Shown: piece by piece, positions 16,436 through 24,584 of the stretch | Position numbering within the stretch: position 1 is the stretch's first letter | Layout: every line of letters begins with the position of its first letter | NCBI GenBank assembly: GCA_903861255.1 | Contig: CAIOTO010000025.1 | Span: 1 to 38,735, forward strand | Direction of reading: 5' to 3' | Origin: an uncultured Alphaproteobacteria bacterium | GTDB taxonomy: Bacteria; Pseudomonadota; Alphaproteobacteria; Paracaedibacterales; CAIOTO01 | Length of the DNA: 38,735 nt | Position numbers and translations under genes: made by a program | The notes under the pieces: model-generated | The model's database searches: none | The model's input: only the letters and a program-made list of their open reading frames with translations | What the model was told of the DNA's origin: nothing

Positions 16436-16858
16436 TTAACAGCCTGTCACGCTTTGTGGGAATGTTGGATGTTTGTCTATGGTTGGTGGCGAAATTTCTA
16501 TTTCGGCATACAATCTTTGTACTACACTTATTGCATCTGCACCTACACCTTGGGATGGTAATTCATCAAGAACAGAATTTATTTGATTTTTAGGGAGTTT
16601 TTCTAATAATTTCTTTATAACAATATTTCGCTGCTCTATTTCACTTGATTTAGTTTTGTCATTGTACTCTCTAGTGCTGAATTTTCCGTGGTTGATGTTG
16701 TGACCGTTCGCAAGAGTTGATACGTCAGTATGCAGGAAAGCAGTTGATAACCTTGTTCGGTTTAGCGCTTTAGCTGCGCGCGGCAGCATCGCTGACGCTG
16801 AACTTGTCATGCATGCAATGACAAACGCACATCCAATTATTTGCTTACTATATTTCAT
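16436..16858 (-). CDS. hypothetical secreted protein
   Basis: I prefer the start at 'MKYSKQIIGCAFVIACMTSSASA', a signal-peptide-like segment (140 aa). No known motif was recognised. Confidence 0.45.
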   Translation of the reverse strand: MKYSKQIIGCAFVIACMTSSASAMLPRAAKALNRTRLSTAFLHTDVSTLANGHNINHGKFSTREYNDKTKSSEIEQRNIVIKKLLEKLPKNQINSVLDELPSQGVGADAISVVQRLYAEIEISPPTIDKHPTFPQSVTGC

Positions 16859-17031
16859 TGGTGTTTTATCTCGTGCAATTTGATTGCTACAACGTTCCAT
16901 GTTTTTTCCTGTCAATTAAGCTAACTTTAATGATATTAGTAATATAATTTTAGGAATATTTCAATATAATTATTTGAAAGTTGGTTTTTGAAAAAGTTGA
17001 AGCGTTAGGGAAGGGGAGGCCACACGCACAA

Positions 17032-17058
17032 CAAAAAAGGCCAGGTTTCCCCAGCCTT
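17032..17058 (-). terminator. rho-independent terminator of the porin gene
   Basis: The minus strand reads 'aaggctgggg aaa cctggcctt' followed by 'ttttttg'. It lies 26 nt after the TAG stop. Confidence 0.7.
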
Positions 17059-17083
17059 AATATTCATTATTTATCTATTCAAA

Positions 17084-18694
17084 CTAGAACTTATAGATGA
17101 ATGATGTCATAACTTGTGTAGCTTTTCCAGTACCACCTGCGTAGTAAGAACCTGGAGCATTACTTGCTTGTCCAGCAGTAGTGTTTGCTATATTAACCAT
17201 ACCGCCGATAGTTTCGCGTGTGCCATACATAAATTCAATACCAACGTCGATCTGCTTAATTGGGCTGTAGATTGCATTGACTAATACCTTTTTCATAAGA
17301 CTAGTAACTTGCGTTGCAGATGTAGAAACAGGTGCATATGTTGAGTTCTTTAGTTTAGTATAAGAACCCGCAATGTTTGTACGGAATTGTTCTGTCCACC
17401 AGTGTTCGTAGCCTAAGATTCCATTTGAACCTGTATGCGTGTCAAAGCGTGAAGCGTTCCGTGCTTTAAGAACATCTGATGTTGAGTTAGTTGATGGCAT
17501 TTGCAAGTATGCCGATGGTACTGATTCAATAGCTAAGAATCCATTGATTCCATCACCAGTAGTAACATGACCATAAAGGTTGCTTAGACCTGAAGTGATC
17601 AATTTAAATGATGAACCAATTCCCCATCCGGTTTGCTTATTAGCAAAACGTGTAGAAGCAGGAGTGGAGGTGCTGCTGGATACGAGACCAGAGCCTGTTC
17701 CCGTTAATTGAGGAACCGTTTCTCCTGCAGCAACGTTCACCGCCAACTGACGCACTATACCACGTAAAGATACAAAACCTTGCTTTCCTGCATAACGCAA
17801 ACGTGCTGTTAAATCAGGAAGATTTGATCTGCCAAAACCTTTGTTATCAGATGTAGATCCATCTTGTGCTAAGTAGTCTGTATTTGGTCTTTCAGCAGCA
17901 ACTGCAAGTGATAATCCATCCACTAACTTTTGTGTCCATCGTACTTGAACACGACGTACTGTAGACGAAAATCCATTGTTGTCAAGTGTATTTGGGCCTG
18001 CATCAGCATCAAGGAAGTTTGACGTTGTCTGTCCTACGAGCAATGAATTCCACTCAACTGTTGCATGACGAAGACGCAAACCGTACGAAGTAGTTGACGT
18101 TGATGCTGTTGATGTGCCTGATGTTTGTGCTCCAGCAAAATCTGTTTGTAACCACCCCTTAACATCACCAGCTTTTGTTTGTGTTAAGCTGTTAAGTTCA
18201 ATGCGGGAGTATGCGACAGTTCCAGCAATACCACCGGATTTTCCAGCTTGTGGGTCGGAACCTCTGATAGGAATTTTTGTTGCATCAAATGATAAGTTAT
18301 TAGCATCAACTGTATTTCCTGGGTAATACGCAGCATCCGCTTTTATGCGACCACCAATTTTAATTGCCGAATTGCTACCTGGAATAGCAATGTATCCTTT
18401 TGGAAATGGTGATGTTTGGTTTGCTTGCAACACACCAATTTTTGCATTTTCAACTTTTGTCGTTGCATCTAATTTTTCATCAGACTTACGTTGCTTATAA
18501 GCAATAGTCGAAACTTGCTTTTTCAAGTCTTCGATTTGCTTCATGAGCGTCGCTGTATCAACAGGACCTGCTGGTGCAGCAGCTACCGCAACTGGTGCAG
18601 CAGGTGCTACAGCAGCTGGCGCAGCGGCGTATGTGAACGATGTTGCAGCAACACCGAGTAGTAATGGCATCTGCCATAATGATTGAAATCGCAT
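17084..18694 (-). CDS. outer-membrane beta-barrel porin with N-terminal Ala/Pro linker and coiled coil (DcaP-like architecture)
   Basis: 536 aa. Signal peptide '...SFTYA|AAP', an Ala/Pro-rich stretch, heptad-like 'LMKQIEDLKKQVSTIAYKQRK', then alternating beta-strand patterns. It ends in the C-terminal aromatic signature 'SFIYKF'. Confidence 0.6.
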   Translation of the reverse strand: MRFQSLWQMPLLLGVAATSFTYAAAPAAVAPAAPVAVAAAPAGPVDTATLMKQIEDLKKQVSTIAYKQRKSDEKLDATTKVENAKIGVLQANQTSPFPKGYIAIPGSNSAIKIGGRIKADAAYYPGNTVDANNLSFDATKIPIRGSDPQAGKSGGIAGTVAYSRIELNSLTQTKAGDVKGWLQTDFAGAQTSGTSTASTSTTSYGLRLRHATVEWNSLLVGQTTSNFLDADAGPNTLDNNGFSSTVRRVQVRWTQKLVDGLSLAVAAERPNTDYLAQDGSTSDNKGFGRSNLPDLTARLRYAGKQGFVSLRGIVRQLAVNVAAGETVPQLTGTGSGLVSSSTSTPASTRFANKQTGWGIGSSFKLITSGLSNLYGHVTTGDGINGFLAIESVPSAYLQMPSTNSTSDVLKARNASRFDTHTGSNGILGYEHWWTEQFRTNIAGSYTKLKNSTYAPVSTSATQVTSLMKKVLVNAIYSPIKQIDVGIEFMYGTRETIGGMVNIANTTAGQASNAPGSYYAGGTGKATQVMTSFIYKF

Positions 18695-18872
18695 TAAATT
18701 AACTCCATAAGTGATTAAACTTTTATTAAATAGTCAACTATTCTGTTTGGGTTGTAAAGATCCTTTTTTATCTTTTATATCAAACAAATGCATACTACTG
18801 TGTCTTAACTGACGCACCTGCTTCTGTTGCGGCATGGATTCTATTACGAAGTGTGCAAGTTTTTCCAGCTGT

Positions 18873-18933
18873 GTCATCCGAGTATCACTCGCCACTGCAT
18901 AGCCTTGGGCGTAGCCGGGAGTACGAGGATGAC
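18873..18933. repeat. short MITE-like element (family C-related)
   Basis: Reads 'gtcatccgagtatcactcgccactgcatagccttgggcgtagccgggagtacgaggatgac', with GTCATCC/GGATGAC termini. 'agccttgggcg' is close to the reverse complement of 'cgcccaagggct' in C1 (one-base difference). Confidence 0.55.
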
Positions 18934-19050
18934 ACAAGCGAGGCAAGAGCTAAAAAAACCTTTGCACTTTATCATCGTTCAAAGCATACTACCCGCAAGA
19001 CAATAACAACAATCATCAATAAAAGAATACACAGCACTAGGAGATAATTA

Positions 19051-19590
19051 ATGACAATACCATTAATGCCAAAAGCAACCGCCGTTTGGTTAATCGAAAA
19101 TACAGCACTTACCTTTGATCAAATATCTGCATTTTGTGGGATTCATATTTTAGAAATTCAATCACTTGCTGATAATGAAAATTCAATTCGCATTGTCGGG
19201 TTTGATCCAATAGCATCATCCCAACTAACCCTTGAAGAAATTCAACGTTGTGAAAATGATTCTAAAGCGCGTCTTGTTATACGTCCGGCTATAAGCGCGG
19301 ATTCTGTATTGGGCAAGAAAAAAAGTCGCTATACCCCGCTATCAAAACGTCAAGATCGTCCCGATGCGATTGCTTATATGATAAAGTTCTATCCTGACAT
19401 TCCTGAAATTGCGTTAACACGGTTGCTCGGCACCACAAAGCCTATGATACGGTCAATCAAATCAAAGACGCACTGGAATTCACCGCAAATAAAACCGCGT
19501 AACCCCGTACAGTTAGGTTTTTGTTCGCAAGCCGAATTAGATGCTGTGATTAAAGTATATGCACCAAAAGAAACTGAAGTAGTATCTTAA
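19051..19590 (+). CDS. DUF1013 family protein (TrcR-like, alphaproteobacteria-specific)
   Basis: 179 aa. The N-terminus 'PLMPKATAVWLIENTALTFDQISAFCGIHILEIQSLADNE' matches the conserved DUF1013 opening. 'aggag' lies 8 nt upstream. Confidence 0.8.
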   Translation: MTIPLMPKATAVWLIENTALTFDQISAFCGIHILEIQSLADNENSIRIVGFDPIASSQLTLEEIQRCENDSKARLVIRPAISADSVLGKKKSRYTPLSKRQDRPDAIAYMIKFYPDIPEIALTRLLGTTKPMIRSIKSKTHWNSPQIKPRNPVQLGFCSQAELDAVIKVYAPKETEVVS

Positions 19591-19613
19591 ATAACACATG
19601 CCATGCATGCTAT

Positions 19614-19714
19614 GTCATCCCCGCGAAGGCGGGGATCCAGAAAGTAAAATTTAAATCTTTTGTTGAGTTATATAGTACGTCTAAAATCTAGATTTCCGCC
19701 TGCGCTGGAATGAC
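19614..19714. repeat. MITE-like double-hairpin element, family B (copy B1)
   Basis: Left arm 'gtcatccccgcgaaggcggggatccag', then a spacer, then right arm 'tagatttccgcctgcgctggaatgac'. Confidence 0.8.
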
Positions 19715-19799
19715 AAAAGAATTTATAAATGCGTCTAGGCCAAGCCTGGGTAAGATTCTATGAAAAACAACAAAAGCTTATTTTTTTAAACGTCAACAA

Positions 19800-19828
19800 T
19801 TGACATTTCTTTAAAATCAGGCTACAAA
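19800..19828 (+). promoter_or_regulatory. candidate promoter for tRNA(CAT) and possibly efp
   Basis: 'TTGACA' at 19800-19805, a 17-nt spacer, then 'TACAAA' at 19823-19828. The tRNA 5' end lies 14 nt downstream. Confidence 0.5.
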
Positions 19829-19841
19829 AGGTTGATCGTTT

Positions 19842-19918
19842 GGCGGAGTAGCTCAGTTGGTTAGAGCAACGGAATCATAATCCGTGTGTCGGGGGTTCGA
19901 ATCCCTCCTCCGCTACCA
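19842..19918 (+). tRNA. tRNA with anticodon CAT (elongator Met, or Ile2 if lysidine-modified)
   Basis: 77-nt cloverleaf. Acceptor GGCGGAG/CTCCGCT (G1-U72 wobble), D arm GCTC-AGTTGGTTA-GAGC, anticodon arm ACGGA-ATCATAA-TCCGT, T arm GGGGG-TTCGAAT-CCCTC, and an encoded CCA. Confidence 0.9.
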
Positions 19919-19956
19919 AAGTTCTTTGAACATATCCTTAAAGGAAAATCTCCCTC

Positions 19957-20523
19957 GTGAAAATAAGTGGAAACGAAATTCGAGTCGGTAATATTATCGA
20001 CTATCAAGGCAAGCTTTGGGTTGTCACAAAAACACAACATGTGCAGCCAGGCAAAGGCGGTGCATATATGCAAGCCGAAATGAAAAGCTTGATTGAAGGT
20101 ACAAAACTTAATGAACGTTTTCGTTCTGCAGAGTCTGTTGAACGTGTTTACCTTGACGAAATGCCACATCAGTTTCTTTATGCCGAAGGTGACGATCTTG
20201 TCTTTATGGATCAAGAAACTTTTGAGCAAATAAATCTTCCCCGTGACTTTGTTGGCGATGCAGCTGCATTTATGCAAGACGGCATGATTGTAAACCTATC
20301 TATGCACGAAGGACGCGCAATTAGCGTTAAACTGCCAGATACAGTCGTTTTAGAAATTACAGATGCTGAGCCTGTTATAAAGGGGCAAACAGCATCATCA
20401 TCATTTAAACCAGCAACCTTATCTAATGGTTTACGTGTTATGGTTCCGCCGCATATCGGAACGGGCATGCGCGTTGTCGTAAACACTGTCGATTGTACGT
20501 ACGTTGAACGGTCTAAAGACTAA
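19957..20523 (+). CDS. efp: elongation factor P
   Basis: 188 aa with a GTG start. '[44 protein letters not shown]' is canonical EF-P and includes the KPGKG-type loop. Confidence 0.92.
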   Translation: MKISGNEIRVGNIIDYQGKLWVVTKTQHVQPGKGGAYMQAEMKSLIEGTKLNERFRSAESVERVYLDEMPHQFLYAEGDDLVFMDQETFEQINLPRDFVGDAAAFMQDGMIVNLSMHEGRAISVKLPDTVVLEITDAEPVIKGQTASSSFKPATLSNGLRVMVPPHIGTGMRVVVNTVDCTYVERSKD

Positions 20524-21329
20524 TGCACGTTTCATCTCGCTTCACGACACGCTCCGCTCTTGTTAATGTAATGACGGCTGCTATTGAAAAAGCAGCACGT
20601 GGCCTTGTACGTGACTTTGGCGAAGTTGAACAATTACAAGTTTCGCGCAAGGGATTAGGTGATTTTGTTTCTTCAGCCGATCATCGCGCTGAAGATATTC
20701 TTATAAGTGAGCTTAGAAAAGCACGCCCGAAATTTGGATTCATCACTGAAGAATCTGGCGAAATCTCTGGTGAAGATGAAACACAAACGTGGATTATTGA
20801 TCCACTTGATGGAACAAGTAATTTTCTTCACGGCATTCCACACTTTGCAATTACTGTTGCATTAAAAATGAACGATGAAATTATTGCAGGCGCAACCTAT
20901 GACCCTATTAAAGACGAAATGTTCTGGGCTGAAAAAGGTCGTGGTACATTTTTGAATCAACGCCGTATCCGTGTATCTGCACGACGTCAGTTTGACGAAG
21001 CGCTTGTTGGTATTGGTGCGCCGTATGGCCATCATGGTGACCCTGAGCTGTTCAAGGAACGCTTAACGAAAGTATTGCCGCATGTAGCAGGTGTTCGACG
21101 CATGGGCGTTGCATCACTTGATTTAGCATATATAGCCTGCGGCCGTTTTGATGTCTTTTTTGAAGAACCTATGCACATTTGGGATTACGCAGCCGGTATT
21201 TTAATGGTCCAAGAGGCCGGAGGTATCGTTACAGATATTAATGGAAAACTCAAAACATTTGAAACAAACAGTGTTGTGGCCGGAAATACGGATATGCATG
21301 GTGCTTTAATGAAAAAGCTTAACGCTTAA
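20523..21329 (+). CDS. suhB: inositol monophosphatase family protein (SuhB-like)
   Basis: 268 aa with 'WIIDPLDGTSNF' and 'WDYAAG' motifs. Its ATG overlaps the efp stop (TAATG). Confidence 0.88.
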   Translation: MHVSSRFTTRSALVNVMTAAIEKAARGLVRDFGEVEQLQVSRKGLGDFVSSADHRAEDILISELRKARPKFGFITEESGEISGEDETQTWIIDPLDGTSNFLHGIPHFAITVALKMNDEIIAGATYDPIKDEMFWAEKGRGTFLNQRRIRVSARRQFDEALVGIGAPYGHHGDPELFKERLTKVLPHVAGVRRMGVASLDLAYIACGRFDVFFEEPMHIWDYAAGILMVQEAGGIVTDINGKLKTFETNSVVAGNTDMHGALMKKLNA

Positions 21330-21370
21330 TTTACTAGCCACTTATGGCGTACAAATATACATCCCCACGT

Positions 21371-21496
21371 GTCATTCTCGGGCTTGACCCGAGAATCTCT
21401 ACAATTGACTCTTCATGTAGGTTGTAGCTTATGCACAATATTCTATGCATTTGCCTTTTCAGCTTTATAGATCTTTGGATCAAGTCCAAAGATGAC
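21371..21496. repeat. MITE-like double-hairpin element, family A (copy A3)
   Basis: Left arm 'gtcattctcgggcttgacccgagaatct', then a spacer, then right arm 'atagatctttggatcaagtccaaagatgac'. It lies between the convergent suhB and plsC-fusion genes. Confidence 0.8.
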
Positions 21497-21509
21497 CGTT
21501 ATTTGTATG

Positions 21510-22991
21510 TTAAATCACCCCAATAGGAATGGTTATTTGCTTTAAGTTTTTATTGTTTTCATGTTCGATGGGCTTTAGTGCCGCCTTTAGCTCATCTGCT
21601 CTCATATGTGCAATCATTCCTTGCTGCTGAAGAGCATCGATGAATGCATCGCTGACCGTTGTTTGTATCTCAACTTTCCCTTTTGCACTATTATCATCTA
21701 GAATCGCATGACCTTTCATTATAAGAATTGGAGTATCTATGGGGCAGGGGCGTGGTGTATGACACGAAAAATTAAAATCTTTCCAATCTTGTGCGTAGCT
21801 TCCTTCAATTTTACTAAGCGTTGTTGAGAAAGCGCCAACGTTGATTGTTGTATTTTGCATACGCATATAGGGTATGTTAATCCTTGACGAGTTCTTTGAA
21901 CTAAGATTTATGTATGCTTCAATATTATTTGCGGTTGAAAAAATAGTATTGAAAATCTGCATGTTAATATTTTTTGCTGCAAGTGTGAATTTTTTAAATC
22001 CCGTTGCTGTTAAGTGAACCGACTGCGCTATGATGAATGATTCCGAAATAGCTGCTGATTTGAAAGTTACATTTGTTAATTCATAGGTTGGTAATGTGTG
22101 CAGACCAAAATGAATTTTGCTTGTTGAAAAATTTATCCCAGCTTTGTTTAATTTGTGATCTAGTAATGATTTCGTGCCAAAATAACCAACAAAGCCTGCG
22201 GTCAAGCCTAGTCCGAAGAGTAGGATTATTAATTTTTTGAACCATTTTTTTGTTCTTTTTTTAGTCGGAGTGTCGATTAAATTGTATGATGCATTATCGA
22301 TTGTTTGCTGCAAAACATCCATAAAGTGGTCGCGTTCTAAGCCAGCTGGAATTGCGGGTTGAATATCAATTACAATCATACCAGGTTGTTTAAACATTGA
22401 TTTTCGTCCCCAAAATACACCTGTATTGAGTGCTACAGGGATGACAGGTACATTTAAATCGCGATAGAGCAGACTAATGCCTCGTTGATATGGAATGCTT
22501 TCACCAGGCTTTGCACGTGTGCCTTCGGGAAATATGAAGAGGGACCTATTGTTTGAGATGGCTTCTCGGCTTTGCTTAACGAGGTCGCGTATCGCTGATG
22601 ATTTATTTTCACGATCAATAAAGATTGTTCCTAATTTCTTAAGGTAGTACCCAAAAAATGGAATTGACGCAAGCTGTCCTTTTGAAATGATTACGATGTC
22701 ATCTAAATACATTGAAATGAAAATAGTGTCAAAAGCCGATTGGTGTTTGCAAGCGATAAGGCATGGTCCACTTTCAGTTGTCGTCGTTAAATTCTCTCTT
22801 CCGCGTACTGTATAGTGGAGGCCAACGATGATAGAGAGCATTTTTAAACAGATACGTGTCCAAGCACGAAAGAGAATGAAAATCAGCTTTCGTGGTCCCC
22901 ATAGTGCAAAAGGAAAAAAGAGAATTAAATACATGGTTGTGAATGTATAGAAGAAAATGTCGAATAGGATGGATCGTAAACGGAAAATCAT
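21510..22991 (-). CDS. 1-acyl-sn-glycerol-3-phosphate acyltransferase (PlsC family) fused to an uncharacterised C-terminal domain
   Basis: 493 aa. HX4D motif 'KHQSAFD', 'FPEGTR' and 'VPVIPVAL' fall in aa 1-240. A transmembrane segment 'WFKKLIILLFGLGLTAGFVGYFG' follows, then about 220 aa with no motif I recognise. Confidence 0.8.
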   Translation of the reverse strand: MIFRLRSILFDIFFYTFTTMYLILFFPFALWGPRKLIFILFRAWTRICLKMLSIIVGLHYTVRGRENLTTTTESGPCLIACKHQSAFDTIFISMYLDDIVIISKGQLASIPFFGYYLKKLGTIFIDRENKSSAIRDLVKQSREAISNNRSLFIFPEGTRAKPGESIPYQRGISLLYRDLNVPVIPVALNTGVFWGRKSMFKQPGMIVIDIQPAIPAGLERDHFMDVLQQTIDNASYNLIDTPTKKRTKKWFKKLIILLFGLGLTAGFVGYFGTKSLLDHKLNKAGINFSTSKIHFGLHTLPTYELTNVTFKSAAISESFIIAQSVHLTATGFKKFTLAAKNINMQIFNTIFSTANNIEAYINLSSKNSSRINIPYMRMQNTTINVGAFSTTLSKIEGSYAQDWKDFNFSCHTPRPCPIDTPILIMKGHAILDDNSAKGKVEIQTTVSDAFIDALQQQGMIAHMRADELKAALKPIEHENNKNLKQITIPIGVI

Positions 22992-23182
22992 GACTGCTTT
23001 TTTATCATATGTTGGAGTTTTCGAAGTGCCAATAATTGCATATCGGCTTGCGGAAGTGAGGTTGGCGCGATGACAGATACTTCGATAAGTGTGGTTTCAC
23101 AAAGCGCTGTAATTTTCATCGTGCTTCCTGCTTGATGAAATGTAAAAATAGTGCCTAGCTGTTCTTTTTCATCGTGTGTCAT
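22988..23182 (-). CDS. small hypothetical protein (64 aa)
   Basis: Starting at Met25 of the track ORF ('MTHDEKEQLG') avoids overlap with the upstream M16 gene. Its stop forms an ATGA overlap with the plsC-fusion start. Confidence 0.4.
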   Translation of the reverse strand: MTHDEKEQLGTIFTFHQAGSTMKITALCETTLIEVSVIAPTSLPQADMQLLALRKLQHMIKKQS

Positions 23183-23198
23183 AAACGTTTTGTATTGC

Positions 23199-24581
23199 TT
23201 ATGTTGCAGCTGCAGTTTTTGCCGTTGCTTCTTTTGATTCAGGATAAATCTCAAGGGTTACAGCTGGGTTGTTTTTGAAAACGAGTTGCGCTGCGGCTAT
23301 GATGTCATCATTTGTTACAGCTTCAATTCTTTTTTTCCAATTGTTTAGGTCATCTAGAACAAAACCTCTTGCTACGAAGCTAGCAATTGTTGTTAGCAAT
23401 GCCTCCGTACCATCTTTAATGAACTCAAGCTTTCCAAGCATACTGATTTTTGCACGTTCAAGATCGTCTTTTGAAACACCTTGTTTTTGAATGTTCAACA
23501 GTTGTTTATTTATTTCTGCTTTAAGTGCATCTATATTACCATCTGGTTGCATGGCAGCTGAAATCGAAAGATCTTTCTGATCGATAGCGTCACCATCATA
23601 ATCACACGAAATATGAATCGCTAATTTTTTACGTTCAACAAGATTATTGTAAAATTCTGCAGTGGTGTTCCCGCCGAGTAAATACTCAAGCATTAATAAA
23701 GCATAATAGTGCTTTCTTCCGATTTCACTGTGAAAGTGAGGAGCATCATATGATAGCTGGAGTTGAACAATTGAGTTTCGCTTGTTGTGTTGCGTGATCG
23801 TTTCAGTAAGACCTTCTCGTGGAGGATTTTGGGGACGTTTGCGTGTTGGGATGGCCGCGGATTTAATGTTTCCAAAGTATTTTTTAATGATTGGCAGCGC
23901 TTCGTCAAGTGTAACTTTCCCGCCAATCATAAGCGTTGCATTATTCGGTCGATAGTAGGCATCATAGTGATCACGCGCTGATTTGAACGTGTATTTTTTG
24001 ATATGATGAGGTAGCCCAATAGGATGTACACCATAAGGATGATAAGGATGCATAGCACGTAAAAATCTCTCGGATGCAACACCAAATGGATTATTGTCAA
24101 GGCGCATGCGTCTTTCTTCAAGAACAACGTCAATTTCGGAAATCACTTCTTCTTGTGTAAACGATAAGTTGCGCATACGGTCAGCTTCGCCTTTTAGAAT
24201 AAGTTCTAAATGCTTTGCGGAAATTGTTGTGTGGTAAAATGTATAATCATATTCGGTATATGCGTTATTATGACCACCATGTCGTATGATTAATTTATTG
24301 AATTCACCACCAGGAATTTCTTTTGTTCCTTTGAACATCATGTGCTCAAGAAAATGAGAAAGTCCTACTTGATCGAGTGGATCATCAGCCGTACCTACAT
24401 GATAGATCACACCAATCGTTACGACAGGTGCGAGGCCATTTGGAACAATAATAATTTTGAGGCCATTTTCAAGTGTATGCGTTTGTGCATTAATGAATGT
24501 TTTTTTATCGGCATTTGCCATGTGTATCGATCCAATGAGTACTGTGAATAAAAAGAAATAAAAGCGTAAACGAGATTGCAT
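23199..24581 (-). CDS. M16 family zinc peptidase (pitrilysin-like), catalytically competent subunit
   Basis: 460 aa with a signal peptide and the inverted zinc motif 'HFLEHMMFKG' (HxxEH). Confidence 0.88.
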   Translation of the reverse strand: MQSRLRFYFFLFTVLIGSIHMANADKKTFINAQTHTLENGLKIIIVPNGLAPVVTIGVIYHVGTADDPLDQVGLSHFLEHMMFKGTKEIPGGEFNKLIIRHGGHNNAYTEYDYTFYHTTISAKHLELILKGEADRMRNLSFTQEEVISEIDVVLEERRMRLDNNPFGVASERFLRAMHPYHPYGVHPIGLPHHIKKYTFKSARDHYDAYYRPNNATLMIGGKVTLDEALPIIKKYFGNIKSAAIPTRKRPQNPPREGLTETITQHNKRNSIVQLQLSYDAPHFHSEIGRKHYYALLMLEYLLGGNTTAEFYNNLVERKKLAIHISCDYDGDAIDQKDLSISAAMQPDGNIDALKAEINKQLLNIQKQGVSKDDLERAKISMLGKLEFIKDGTEALLTTIASFVARGFVLDDLNNWKKRIEAVTNDDIIAAAQLVFKNNPAVTLEIYPESKEATAKTAAAT

Positions 24582-24584
24582 TAC

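Noticed and set aside
19861-20277. 138-aa minus-strand ORF.
   Set aside because: It runs antisense through the tRNA gene and the 5' part of efp, and its product is low-complexity. The EF-P and tRNA calls explain the region.
23183-23254. The longer 88-aa version of the small ORF (22988..23254).
   Set aside because: Its first 24 codons overlap the 3' end of the M16 peptidase gene in another frame. The internal Met at 23182 gives a non-overlapping, better-fitting ORF.
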